Source: Dehalococcoidia bacterium (GTDB lineage Bacteria > Chloroflexota > Dehalococcoidia > Lucifugimonadales > UBA1123). From it: a stretch of 64,000 nt of DNA. Positions 9,954 through 21,100 of the stretch are shown here, one piece after another (position 1 is the first letter of the stretch; the number at the start of each line of letters is the position of its first letter). A program made the position numbers and the translations under genes. The notes below the pieces were generated by a model. It saw nothing but the letters and a program-made list of their open reading frames with translations. It was not told the DNA's origin and searched no databases. Location: positions 2,488,806-2,552,805 of the forward strand of contig OZ220693.1 of the NCBI GenBank assembly GCA_965116415.1, given 5' to 3'.

Positions 9954-10607
9954 ATGTTTCAGCACGCCACGCTGGTTGGCGCAATTGCACTCGCCCTGTC
10001 GGTCACAGCCTGTGGCACGACCCCAGCACAGGTGAACGAGTCAGGCCACGACCCGTATCTGAATGGGGACTACGCAGCGGCTCTTGATGCTTATGAAAAC
10101 GCAGGGGAGCTGGCCTCAGAGGTAGGGGAGCCGCTCTACAACGCCGGAAACGCCCTGTACCGCATGGAACAGTATGACGAGTCGTTGGACTACTACGACG
10201 AGTCACTGCGGTATGCGCGGGACGAGTCGCGCTTGCGCGGGCTGTTCAACCGGGGCAACGCGGCGTACATGATGGAGAACTATGTGGAGGCGGTCGAGGC
10301 GTATATCGAGGTGCTTAGAATCGACCCCGACGATCTCGACGCCAAGCACAACCTGGAGCTGGCTCTGAGGCAACTGCCGCCGGACAGCGACTCTCCGCCT
10401 CCGGATGAGGACGAGACCTCACCACCACCCCAGAGCGAGTCTCCACCGTCGCCGCAGGTTGAATCCCCACCGCCACAGGACGAGCCGATGACCGGAGAGC
10501 AGGCACGGCAGCTACTGGATGCGGTCGGAGAGGATGCACAGACACTGCAGGAGCGAAGAGAACAGTCCCTGGTCTCGTCCAACCCCCAGAGCGAGTTCGA
10601 CTGGTAA
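9954..10607 (+). CDS. batC: TPR lipoprotein, BatC-like, with an acidic Pro/Ser-rich C-terminus
   Basis: ORF 9930..10607. AGGAG lies 5 nt before the ATG at 9954. Lipobox LSVTAC, TPR-like helices, then PPDSDSPPPDEDETSPPPQSESPPSPQVESPPPQDEP. Confidence 0.7.
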   Translation: MFQHATLVGAIALALSVTACGTTPAQVNESGHDPYLNGDYAAALDAYENAGELASEVGEPLYNAGNALYRMEQYDESLDYYDESLRYARDESRLRGLFNRGNAAYMMENYVEAVEAYIEVLRIDPDDLDAKHNLELALRQLPPDSDSPPPDEDETSPPPQSESPPSPQVESPPPQDEPMTGEQARQLLDAVGEDAQTLQERREQSLVSSNPQSEFDW

Positions 10608-10613
10608 CTCGTA

Positions 10614-11990
10614 ATGCGAATCCCCCGGTCCTTACATCACGTCCTGGCCTGCCTGGTGCTTGTCGTGGCGACCCTGGCGTCTTCTTCCATTCACGCACAG
10701 TCTCAGGGCGAAGGGCCACTGTTCGTCCGCGTCTCTGTGGACAACGATCGTCCGTACATCGGCCAGCAGATCACGTATGTCCTCAGGATCTATCAGCGTT
10801 CGGACTTCTCACAGAAGCTTCGGTACATTCCGCCCAGCTTTGCGGGATTATGGAACAGCCAGCCGACCCTGAGAGATGAGTACACCGAGACGGTCGGATC
10901 GGAGCAGTACAGGGTTATCGAGCTGCGGACTCTGCTCTTCCCGAGCGTCGTCGAGACAATCACCATCGAACCCGCCTCGCTGAGGGCAGACTCGGAACTC
11001 CCCGGAGGGTCTGACTCACTTGAGAGCGATCCCATGGTCATCGAGGTGCGCCCTCTGCCCGCAGGCGCCCCGACGGGGTTCGTGGGAGCTGTTGGCCGAT
11101 TCGAGATCTCAGCCGAGGTGAACGCCACCACGGGCACGGCCAACGAACCCGTACTGCTGACCGTAAAGATCATGGGGGACGGCAACGTCGAGGCCCTGCC
11201 GGACCCATCCTGGCCGGAGTTTTCGGGATGGAGAGCCATAGGGTCGCCGCCCGCCTCCAGTGCTGAGGTCATTGATGGAAAGATCACCGGTGTCCGCACC
11301 TATGAGCTCGGGCTGCTGCCGGAGGTGTCCGGCGATCTGACTATTCCGGCGATCGTCTATCCTCACTTCGACCCGGAGGCCGAGCTGTATATTCAGTCCA
11401 AAACCGTGCCCATCGTCGTGACCATAGAGGGCGCCGATGGCGTGTCGCCTCTCGTTTCAGATGATGCCGAGGCGGAGCAGTCCGCGTCGGAAGTGAGGGG
11501 TAACAAGCCTGTTCCCCCCGAGCTCGGACGGTCGAGGAATGGTCTGACGGACACCCCGGTCTATTGGGCCGCGTGGGCTGTTCCGTTGCTCATCATCGTT
11601 GGAGGGGCGATATGGCGACGCAGGGTGGTGGCGCAGGAGGCCGCGCTGGCAACATCACGGCAGCAGAACGCGCTGAGGAACGCGCAGTCTGTTCTCAGAC
11701 GAGCCGCCGCAGATGGCCTCGACACAAGAGTAGCCTCGGCTGATGCCGTCATGTCATACATGTCGGACAAGATGGATGTGACGGAGGGTGGACTGACGCG
11801 TGACTCACTGCACCATTGGCTGGAGGAGGCAGGAGTATCGTCCGACCTCGCGCAAAGAGTCGAGGACACACTGACGGTTGGAGAGGAGGCGAGGTACTCA
11901 CCCGTCGGCGATGGAGGAGGCCGTAGGGAAGGCATGGCAGAACGGACGGATCAACTCCTGACCGACCTGGAGGAGGCGTTCGGGGAATGA
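10614..11990 (+). CDS. batD: BatD-like (oxygen-tolerance family) membrane protein
   Basis: Signal peptide, two beta-rich extracytoplasmic segments, a late TM (VYWAAWAVPLLIIVGGAIW) and a cytoplasmic tail. Its position in the operon also fits. Confidence 0.7.
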   Translation: MRIPRSLHHVLACLVLVVATLASSSIHAQSQGEGPLFVRVSVDNDRPYIGQQITYVLRIYQRSDFSQKLRYIPPSFAGLWNSQPTLRDEYTETVGSEQYRVIELRTLLFPSVVETITIEPASLRADSELPGGSDSLESDPMVIEVRPLPAGAPTGFVGAVGRFEISAEVNATTGTANEPVLLTVKIMGDGNVEALPDPSWPEFSGWRAIGSPPASSAEVIDGKITGVRTYELGLLPEVSGDLTIPAIVYPHFDPEAELYIQSKTVPIVVTIEGADGVSPLVSDDAEAEQSASEVRGNKPVPPELGRSRNGLTDTPVYWAAWAVPLLIIVGGAIWRRRVVAQEAALATSRQQNALRNAQSVLRRAAADGLDTRVASADAVMSYMSDKMDVTEGGLTRDSLHHWLEEAGVSSDLAQRVEDTLTVGEEARYSPVGDGGGRREGMAERTDQLLTDLEEAFGE

Positions 11991-12793
11991 CGAGGTCACG
12001 GAGGCTTTTTGTCGGCACATTGGCCGCACTTGTCGCGCTCATGGCGGTCGCGATTGCAGCGGACGCCCAGGGTCCCGCGGCAGTAGACCTGATGGCCGAG
12101 GCGAACGCCAGATACGACCGCGAAGAGTACGCAGAGGCCGTGCAGCTTTACGAATCTCTCGTCGGCGATGGATACCATGAAACGGCGCTGTACTACAACC
12201 TCGGCAACGCCCACCTGGGTAATGGCGACCTTGGACGGGCGGTCCTGAGCTACCTACGGGCCCGGGAACTGTCCCCTCGAGACCCTGACGTCAATGCCAA
12301 CCTCGAGTTGGCCCGAGAACTGACGGTTGATCGCATTGCGGCCGAGAGGGGATCAATTCTCGAAAGTGTGTCCTACGCCGGGCTCCGGTGGCTGAATCGC
12401 GGCGAACTGGGGCTTGCTGCACTTGGCATGTGGTTTGTGTGCGGAGTCGCAGTTGGTGGGCTGCTGATCTGGAGGACATTTCCAATGAGGCGTGTAGCGC
12501 GCGTCTTCGCGGTCCTCATGGCAGTTACCACGCTTGCGTCAACGCTGTTGTTCCTCAGCACGCTGTACGCGAATCCGTACGACAGCACGGGTGTCGTGAT
12601 TGTCGATGCCGTGGAGGTACTCGATGGGCCCGGATGGCAGTACTCGGAGGAGTTCATCATCCACAGCGGCGCCCAGGTGCGAATGAACGACTCACGTCAC
12701 GGGTGGGTTGAGGTCTCGCTCCCTGGCGGGGAGCTTCAGGGTTGGGTGTCGGCACGTACCGTGGAGGCTGTGGGGCGGGCTGATGGAGGTTGA
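11987..12793 (+). CDS. batE: TPR plus SH3b-like membrane protein, BatE-like
   Basis: TPR helices (YYNLGNAHLGNGDLGRAVLSYLRA), TM segments and a C-terminal GWVEVSLPGGELQGWVSARTVE. ATGA overlaps batD. Confidence 0.7.
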   Translation: MTRSRRLFVGTLAALVALMAVAIAADAQGPAAVDLMAEANARYDREEYAEAVQLYESLVGDGYHETALYYNLGNAHLGNGDLGRAVLSYLRARELSPRDPDVNANLELARELTVDRIAAERGSILESVSYAGLRWLNRGELGLAALGMWFVCGVAVGGLLIWRTFPMRRVARVFAVLMAVTTLASTLLFLSTLYANPYDSTGVVIVDAVEVLDGPGWQYSEEFIIHSGAQVRMNDSRHGWVEVSLPGGELQGWVSARTVEAVGRADGG

Positions 12794-12861
12794 CCACAGC
12801 TTGAATTCCTAACCAGCCAACCATCTGATTCAATTACCCGTGTGTAGATGGTGAAAGTCCT

Positions 12862-14334
12862 CTATTCCATAGCCCCTGCATCTACCAGAATCCGTTCTAT
12901 TTCAGTGTGACCTCGCCAACGTGCAACGTGCAGGAGCGACTCCCCATTGGGCCTTCGGGCGTTGACGTCTGCGCCCGCTTCTACCAGAATCCGGACAGCC
13001 TCTACCTTGTTCCTCCAGACGGCAGTGTACAGCATCGGATCGTTATCTGAATCTCTGGCGTCTAGGTCTGCGTTGGCGTCTACAAGAACCCTGAGTGCCT
13101 CCAGCTTGTCTCGCCAGATGGCGGTGTACAGCATCGGATCGTTGTCAGAATCTCTGGCGTCTAGGTCTGCTTTGGCGTCTACAAGAACCCTGAGTGCCTC
13201 CAGCCTGTCTCGCCAGATGGCGGTGTACAGCATTGGATCGTTGTTGGAGTCTCTGACGTCGACGTCGGCACCCGCATCCACGAGGATCTGCACCTTCTCG
13301 GATTCGGCCCGCCAGATGGCGGTATATAGGTAGGGGTCACCATCCTCATCGCTGACATTGACCTCAATGCCCTGAGCAACCAGGTTTCTCACTTCATCGA
13401 TCGTTCCACGCCAGATTGCTCTGTAGAGTGCAGGATCGCCAGGGGGTAAAGATTCAGCTTTAGCATGTGGGGTCGGTATAGGCGGAATGGGGACGGGCGT
13501 GTTGGTTGTCTGCGGAGTGGGTTCAGGCGTCGGCTCGGGTGTGGGTTCTGGCGTCGGCTCAGGCGTAGGTTCAGGCGTAGGCTCGGGTGTGGGTTCTGGC
13601 GTCGGCTCAGGAGTGGGTTCTGGCGTCGGCTCGGGTGTGGGTTCAGGCGTCGGCTCAGGCGTAGGTTCAGGCGTAGGCTCGGGTGTGGGTTCAGGCGTAG
13701 GCTCAGGAGTGGGTTCTGGCGTCGGCTCGGGTGTGGGTTCAGGTGTCGGCTCAGGAGTAGGTTCAGGCGTCGGCTCGGGTGTGGGTTCAGGCGTAGGCTC
13801 AGGAGTGGGTTCTGGCGTAGGCTCGGGTGTGGGTTCTGGCGTCGGCTCAGGAGTGGGTTCTGGCGTCGGCTCGGGTGTGGGTTCTGGCGTCGGCTCAGGA
13901 GTGGGTTCTGGCGTCGGCTCGGGTGTGGGTTCTGGCGTCGGCTCGGGTGTTGGCTCAGGAGTGGGTTCTGGCGTCGGCTCGGGTGTGGGTTCGGGAGTTG
14001 GCTCAGGAGTGGGTTCGGGCGTCGGCTCAGGAGTAGGTTCTAGCGTCGGCTCCGGCGTCGGGCTGGGAACAGGCGTGTAGGTCGGCGCTGGGGTGAGGGT
14101 TGGCGGAGGCGTGGGCTGGTCGATTGGCACATCAGGACGATCATCAATACCCGGAGGTTCGGCAGTGGGAGCCGGGGTAAGGACATTGGCCGAAACCATC
14201 ACTGGCGCCGGCGTACTGGTGGGACTGGGATTGCCGCCAATCAGACCGCAAGCCAGAAGCATTGGAAGTGTCAGCAGGCAAAAGGCCACTCGGCCCACAG
14301 CCCATGACTTACTGAGCATTATCCGGTCTGTCAT
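12862..14334 (-). CDS. ankyrin-repeat lipoprotein with a roughly 184-aa (TPEP)n linker
   Basis: Lipobox PMLLAC, (T/L)PEP x about 46, then five degenerate 33-aa ANK units ([33 protein letters not shown]). Confidence 0.8.
   Translation of the reverse strand: MTDRIMLSKSWAVGRVAFCLLTLPMLLACGLIGGNPSPTSTPAPVMVSANVLTPAPTAEPPGIDDRPDVPIDQPTPPPTLTPAPTYTPVPSPTPEPTLEPTPEPTPEPTPEPTPEPTPEPTPEPTPEPTPEPTPEPTPEPTPEPTPEPTPEPTPEPTPEPTPEPTPEPTPEPTPEPTPEPTPEPTPEPTPEPTPEPTPEPTPEPTPEPTPEPTPEPTPEPTPEPTPEPTPEPTPEPTPEPTPEPTPEPTPEPTPEPTPEPTPEPTPEPTPEPTPQTTNTPVPIPPIPTPHAKAESLPPGDPALYRAIWRGTIDEVRNLVAQGIEVNVSDEDGDPYLYTAIWRAESEKVQILVDAGADVDVRDSNNDPMLYTAIWRDRLEALRVLVDAKADLDARDSDNDPMLYTAIWRDKLEALRVLVDANADLDARDSDNDPMLYTAVWRNKVEAVRILVEAGADVNARRPNGESLLHVARWRGHTEIERILVDAGAME
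13513..14064 (-). repeat. 12-bp period coding microsatellite-like array encoding (TPEP) x about 46
   Basis: The unit ggctc[ag]gg[acg]gt[agc]ggttc[at]ggcgt[ac] is iterated. It is open in all plus-strand frames. Confidence 0.9.
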
Positions 14335-14385
14335 CCCTTGGTACCTCCGAGTTGGTGTCCGCCGACCTTGGCGATGAATTGCAAT

Positions 14386-15054
14386 CTACTCCTGGGCTCC
14401 AGCCTCGATGAGGATCTGCTCAATTTCCGTGTGGTCCCGCCACCGTGCCACGTATAGGAGCGACTCGCCGTTGGCCCTTCTCGCGTTGACGTCCGCACCA
14501 GCGTTGACGAGAATCTGTACAGCCCCGACTTTGTTCCTCCAGACCGCGGTGTATAGCAGCGGGTCTTCATCGGCATCGGCGGCATCAACATTCGCGCCTG
14601 CGTCGACCAGGAGTTGTGCGATCTCTGAGTGGCCCCTCCAGATAGCTTCGTACAGTATCGGATTGCCGTCTGTGTCCTTTGCGTTGACGTCGGCCCCTGC
14701 ATCAACGAGCACCCTCGCGACTTCGAGATGGTCACGCCATATCGCTTCATGGAGAAAAGGGTTGCCATCTTCGTCGATTGCGTTGACGTCCGCTCCGTCG
14801 GCTACGAGCTGTCTGACCGTGTTTGCATCCCCTGTCCAAACGGCGCGGTAGAAGGCCGAGTCTATGGATACGGACCTTGAAGCTTGCGTTGGCGCCGTGG
14901 CCGCAGGGGCTACGGATCGAGTGGCGGCAGTCGGCTCAGGTGGTGGTTCTTCGGAAAAGATTCCACAGGCAGCCATTGTCAGCATGGCCAGTACCCCGGC
15001 TGCCAGTTTCAAGTGTGTGTTGGTTACTCTGCGCTCTGTGTTGAGACTGTTCAT
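14386..15054 (-). CDS. ankyrin-repeat lipoprotein (paralogue of 12862..14334 without the long linker)
   Basis: Lipobox LTMAAC. Four to five ANK-like units. The C-terminus ARRANGESLLYVARWRDHTEIEQILIEAGAQE parallels the neighbour [32 protein letters not shown]. Confidence 0.8.
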   Translation of the reverse strand: MNSLNTERRVTNTHLKLAAGVLAMLTMAACGIFSEEPPPEPTAATRSVAPAATAPTQASRSVSIDSAFYRAVWTGDANTVRQLVADGADVNAIDEDGNPFLHEAIWRDHLEVARVLVDAGADVNAKDTDGNPILYEAIWRGHSEIAQLLVDAGANVDAADADEDPLLYTAVWRNKVGAVQILVNAGADVNARRANGESLLYVARWRDHTEIEQILIEAGAQE

Positions 15055-15101
15055 GATTCACTCAACCAAAGGTGGCCCTGTTCGCATAAGCTCGAAGCAC
15101 T

Positions 15102-18100
15102 CTACTCGAGCCACGTGTATTCGATTTCGCAACCGGTCGGCGTCGAGAGTACTATTCCGGTGATGGCGAACGTCACAGTCTCCCCCACAGCCATATCCCC
15201 TATGGATTCAGCTCCCACTATATTTCCGTCAACATAACCCTCGACCCGGACGTGCCTCACGGCCTTGCTTGCGGTGAGGGCACCGGTGATGGTCACGTCA
15301 TAAATCCCACTGAGGTTTGACCTTAATTCGCCAGAGCACTCCGAAATGCTTCCGGTTACAGTATCAGTGGCCGGCTCTTGAGGCGTGGTAGTCGCCGGCG
15401 GCGAGGTGGTAGTAGGAGGCGAGTCTGTCGTGGCGCTGGCGACATTCGACGAGGGACCTGTGCCTGCCGAGTTGATGGCAGACACGCGATAGTAGCGAGT
15501 GCTCCCAGCCGTTAGGCCCGTGTGGGAGTAGCTGGTGGCGGTGGAGCCGGTGTTTGCAACCAGATCGCTCCAACTGGAGTTGTCGGTCGAGACTTCGATC
15601 TTGTAGCCGGCGATGCTGGCTCCTCCGTCAGACGATGGCGCGGTCCAGGATAGGTCTATCTCTGTCTGTCCGTCGGCTGTTGCAGTCAGGTTCGTCGGTG
15701 GGCCGGGCTTCGTGGCTGATTGTGTGGCGATAACGGTTACCTTAAACAGGTCTTCAGACGCTCCCGACGCTCCGTTGCTGTCTCCGGCGTCAACTGCGAC
15801 GATGGTTTCGCCTAAGGTGATCGCCCTGAGACTCAGAACACCAGTGTTGGTGTTAACTGTCCCGGTAAGAATTCCCTCGGTCCGGTATCTAAAGCCGTAG
15901 CTGGTTATTCCGTCGCCGTCCGGGTCCGTGAAGAGCCCGGAGAGGTCCACTGTGAATGATTCACCCAATTCAACGGTCATGTCGTCAACGTTCCCGGTAA
16001 GCTCAGGAGGCCGGTTTGTTCTATCTACTGTCACAGTCACAGCGCTCGAGCAGTTGTTCGTCGTATCGGACTCCCCGGTAACCGTTTCTACGCACACGCC
16101 GTAGTAGTAAGTGCCGAGTGCGGGCGGCGCAGAGGTTCTGGCCGACTTGTCTTCGCTGCCGGAAGGGCTCAGACCATTCACAGAGAGATAGCCTGAAGTC
16201 CCGGCTGTTGGGACTTCAGAGTCACTGGAGGTGATGGTCGCATCGGTGGAGCGGTAGTAGTGCAGTGTGGTAGGACTCGATGAACCATTTCCCCGATTCA
16301 TTACAGTAACGTTCAGAGCGAAGTACTGACGGGGAACCGGGTTGCTGTTGCCGACTGTGAACGTGCTGACTATGAGGTCGGGCGCTGACGACCCGCCGAC
16401 GGTGACTGTCACTGCAGACGAGCAGTTGTTCGTCGTATCTGTCTCGCCGGTCACGGCATCCACACACGCGCCGTAGTAGTAGGTCCCAGCGGAGGATGGA
16501 GCGGTCAGCCTGGCCGATTCGTCTCCGCTCTCCGATGCGTCTATTCGGGACACGTAGTCTGTATCCACTTCTGTGTCACCGGTGGTGATTGTCGAGTCGG
16601 TGGACTGGTAGTAGCGCAGGGTGGTCGAGTCCGAGCGACCGTTGCCCTGGTTGCGCACCGTGGCGTTCAGGGTGATGCTCGCTCCCGCCGCTGGAGCACT
16701 GTCGCTGACCGTGGGCGTGTTCACGACCAGATCCGGCGATGGCGGCGCTCCGACGGTGACTGTCACCGCCGACGAGCAGTTGTTCGTCGTATCTGTCTCG
16801 TCGGTCACTGCATCCACGCAGGCACCGTAGTAGTAGGTGCCCGGAGTGGACGGAGCGGTCAGGTTGATAGACTCGTTGCCGCTCCCCGATGCGTTGAGGC
16901 CAGACACTGGGTCCGTGCCGACCTCAGTATCGCTGGAGGTGATCGTGGAGTCGGAGGACTGGTAGTAGCGAAGCGTGGTCGCGTCCGATCGACCGTTGCC
17001 CTGGTTGCGCACCGTTGCGTTGAGGGTGATGCGGGATCCGGCCGTTGGAGCGCTCTCGCTCACCGTGGGCGTGTCCACCACCAGGTCCGGCGATGGCACC
17101 GCCCCGACGGTGACTGTCACCGCAGATGAGCAGTTGTTGGTCGTGTCCGACTCGTCGGACACCGCATCCACACAGGCGCCGTAGTAGTAGGTGCCCGGAG
17201 TGGACGGCGCGGTCAGGTTGATAGACTCGTTGCCGGCCCTGGATGCACTGAGGCCGAACACGGAGTCTGTGCCGACCGATGTGTCGCCTGTGGTGATGGT
17301 CGTGTCGGTGGACTGGTAGTAGCGAAGCGTGGTCGAGTCCGATCGTCCGTTGCCCTGGTTGCGCACCATGGCGTTCAGGGTGATGCGTGCGCCAGCCGTT
17401 GGAGCGTTGTCGCTGACCGTGGGCGTGTCCACTGCCAGGTCCGGCGCGGGAGCGGCCCCGACGGTGACGGTCACAGCAGTTGAACAGTTGTTGGTCGTGT
17501 CTGACTCGCCGGTCACTGCATCCACACAGGCACCGTAGTAGTAGGTGCCCGGAGTGGACGGAGCGGTCAGGTTGATCCACTCGTTCCCGCTCCTCGATGC
17601 GTTAAGGCTGGACACAGAGTCCGTGCCGACCGCCGTATCGCTGGTGGTGATGGTCGAGTCTGTGGACTGGTAGTAGCGAAGCGTGGTCGAGTCCGATCGT
17701 CCGTTGCCCTGGTTGCGCACCATGGCGTTCAGGGTGATGCGTGCGCCAGCCGTTGGAGCGTTGTCGCTGACCGTGGGCGTGTCCACTGCCAGGTCAGGTG
17801 CGGGAGCGGCGCCGACGGTCACCGTAACCGCAGATGAACAGTTGTTGGTCGTGTCCGACTCGCCGGTTACCGCGTCCACGCATGCGCCGTAGTAGTAGGT
17901 GCCCGGAGTGGACGGAGCGGTCAGGTTGATAGACTGGTTGCCGGCCCTGGATGCACTGAGACCGAACATGGAGTCTCTGCCGACCGATGTGTCGCCTGTG
18001 GTGATGGTCGCGTCGGTGGACTGGTAGTAGCGCAGCGTGGTGGAGTCCGATCGTCCGTTGCCCTGGTTGCGCACAGTGGCACTCAGGGTGATGCGGGATC

Positions 18101-21100
18101 CGGCCGTGGGAGCGCTCTCGCTGACCGTGGGCGTGTCCACTGCCAGGTCAGGTGCGGGAGCGGCGCCGACGGTCACAGTTACCGCAGATGAACAGTTGTT
18201 GGTAGTATCTGTCTCGCCGGTCACCGCATCCACACAGGCGCCGTAGTAGTACGTGCCCGGAGTGGACGGAGCGGTCAGGCTGACCGACTCGTTGCCGGCC
18301 CTGGATGCACTGAGGCCGAACACTGAGTCGGCACCAACCTCTGTATCACTGGTGGTGATTGTCGAGTCTGAGGACTGGTAGTAGCGCAGCGTGGTCGAGT
18401 CTGCCGCTCCATTGCCCTGGTTTCGGACCGTGGCGTTGAGCGTGAAGCTCGCACCTGCTGTCGGAGCACTGGTGTCGACAGTTGGTGTGTTCACCACCAG
18501 ATCCGGCGCGGTCGCTGCGCCAGTGGTGGCGCTGGCGACGTTGGACGTGGGGCCAGTACCCTCTGAGTTGATGGCCGAAACCCGGTAGTGGCGAGTGCTG
18601 CTCGCTGTCAATCCAGTGTGGGAGTGGGTCGTTGCGCTCGATCGGCTGTCGGCAACAAGGTCGCTCCAACTGGAGCCGTCGGGTGACACCTCGATTCTGT
18701 AACCTGTGATGGCTGAGCCGCCCGTGTTCTGAGGGGCACTCCAGGACAGGTCGATCTGGGTCTGCCCGTTGGCTGTCGCAGCAAGACTCGTCGGAGCACC
18801 CGGAGCCATGCCTCTGGCTGTTTGGGTGACGGTCGCAGACCAGGGTCCGTCTCCGGTCGCATTGACCGCCCTAACCTGGATGTCGTACTGAACCCCGCCT
18901 TGCAGATTGGCCAACTCGTAGCTCAGCGCGCCCGAGCCAGTCCAGACATCCTGAACGACCGTCCAGTTGGAGTCGGCCTTGCTTGTGGCGTCGCTGCGAA
19001 TGTGACGCAGATCGTAGGCGGTGATTTCAGAGCCGCCGGTCTGGGTCGGTGCCCGCCACGACACCGTCAGCGAACTGTGGCCCGACGTTATCTGTCTGAT
19101 TGAAGGTGCAGACAGGCCACCTAATCCGGTGACCTCGATCGTGTAAACGCGACTGTCGAGGCCGTCCGACGTGGCGACCTTGATCTGGATGGTCGTGACC
19201 ACGCCTGCAGGCACGTCCACCTGATGTCCCGCCTGCGCTCCATCGGCGTCGGCCAATACTCCGTCGTTTTGATCGAGGTACTGGAACGTCGCGTTGTGGC
19301 GACTCGCGGCACTAACGGTGATACTGGATGCAGTGGCCGCAGCAGTATATCCGGTTACGTAGGAGTCGAACCCGGGTCTCAGATCGGCCGGCGTGATGCT
19401 CAGTCCGCTCAGCAGCACGTCGCAATATGGGATTTCAATTTCCTTGAGCCGATGTGAACGGTCGGTGCTTGCAACGCTTCTCAACTCTGCCGGAACGCAT
19501 CCAGTGAACCGGTTGCCGGCAAGCCACACTTGCTCCAAGTTCGTCAGGCGCCCCAGTCCAGCCGGAATCTCCCCCGTGAGCTGGTTGTCGTGAAGAGTCA
19601 GCCAGCGAAGGTTGGTGAGGTTGCCCAGCTCGGGCGGAATCGGCCCGGTCAACTGGTTGGTGTCGAGATGAAGAGCCTCGAGTCTGGAAAGGCTGCCCAG
19701 TTCAGGAGGTATCGTTCCGTGCAGGTTATTGTCATAGAGTTCCAGTCCCTGAAGGTTGGACAGCCCACTCAGTTCTGGAGGTATGGTGCCGGTTAGCTGG
19801 TTGATGCCCAAGAAAATCTGATTCAGTCGACTCAGGTCAGCCAGCTCTGGGGGTATTGACCCGGTCAGCTCATTGTCCAACAGGGTCAGTTGCTCCAAGC
19901 CGTTCAACTCACCCAATTCCGGCGGAAGCGTTCCGGATAAACCCCGGTTGGGAAGGTACAGCAAGGTAACACGCTGGGGCGTCCCCCCCATGATGATTCC
20001 GTCCCAGTCCGTGATGGGTGTGCTGGAAGACCAGTTCAGCGTCCCGCTGCCCGCCAGGGTGTCCCGCACCGCCAGCAGAATGTCGCAGTCGGCCAACAGG
20101 GCGAGGTTGTCGTGCGGGTCGATCACGGCCCCACCGGTAGAGCAGGGAGTCTCTGCAACAGTTGGCGTGCCCGTGCCTGTGGCCGACCAGGGACCGTCCT
20201 CTGTGCTGTTCACAGCCCGCATCTGTATACCGTATTCAGTGCCCGCTCTCAGCCCGGTCAACTCGTAACTCAGCGCACCTGAACCAGATGTCCAGACGTC
20301 TTCCACAATGGTCCAGTTGGCGTCGACCGTGTCATCGGTTGAGATATCGATGTGACGCAGATCGTAGGAAGTGACGGCCGAGCCTCCGTCACTCGTTGGA
20401 GCGTTCCATGCTACTGTCAGGGCGTTCACTCCGGGCGTTACCGAAACCACGGACGGTGATCCTAATAGTTGCGGTGGGTTCGGAGGGAGCACGATGAAGC
20501 CATGCCCCCATGTATTGTTGGGGTCGGTGCTCTCTCGCTGCTGTGCGTTGTCCTTCAGGTAGGACACGACCTGAGCAGGTGTGTAGTCGGGAAACCTCTG
20601 GCGCACGAGCGCGGCAAGGCCAGCGACATGGGGCGACGCCTGGCTGGTGCCACAAAAGGGACGGGAACTCGAAGCGGTTTCGCCGCAATCCGCCCCGACC
20701 AGGTCCGGCTTGATGCGTCCGTCAGGCGTGGGACCACGGCTGCTGTAGCTCTCCATGGTGTTCACGTCATTCCAATGGGCCGCGCCAACTGCCAGCATGC
20801 CGGGGTTGGCACTCTCCGCCGGATTGACTATGCTGCCGGTCTCCGGGGTATTGAAATTCAGCGATGTTCCGCCCCAGCCCAGCAACTGGATCCAGTCTGG
20901 CTCACTTCCCCCGACGTGCGCGATCAGTATGTCGGATCGCGTTCCCGTGATAACGGTCTCGTACGGGTTGTGCCAATTCTCTCCCGATTGGGGGTCGGTG
21001 CTAAAGAGAACGACATCTCCTGTTCCCGGTCTCGCAAGAAGAAGATCTAGGTTCCTGTCGGCTCCGCCCCAAGTATCGTCCCAGCGGAGGACCAGCCGCC

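Noticed and set aside
13465-14080. Three long plus-strand ORFs (RRLGCGF..., GSGVGSGV..., WVLASAQE...) of 69-197 aa
   Set aside because: They are antisense to the (TPEP)n linker of the ankyrin lipoprotein. The low-complexity repeat is simply stop-free in every frame, and there is no independent coding signal.
16026-18509. Possibility that the regular repeats (354 bp here, 12 bp at 13.5-14.1 kb, 102 bp at 2.1-2.9 kb) are CRISPR arrays, or that the CARDB variation is driven by a diversity-generating retroelement
   Set aside because: All the arrays lie in frame inside long coding sequences. They have no unique spacers of CRISPR-like size. No cas gene, reverse transcriptase or template repeat is present in the window.
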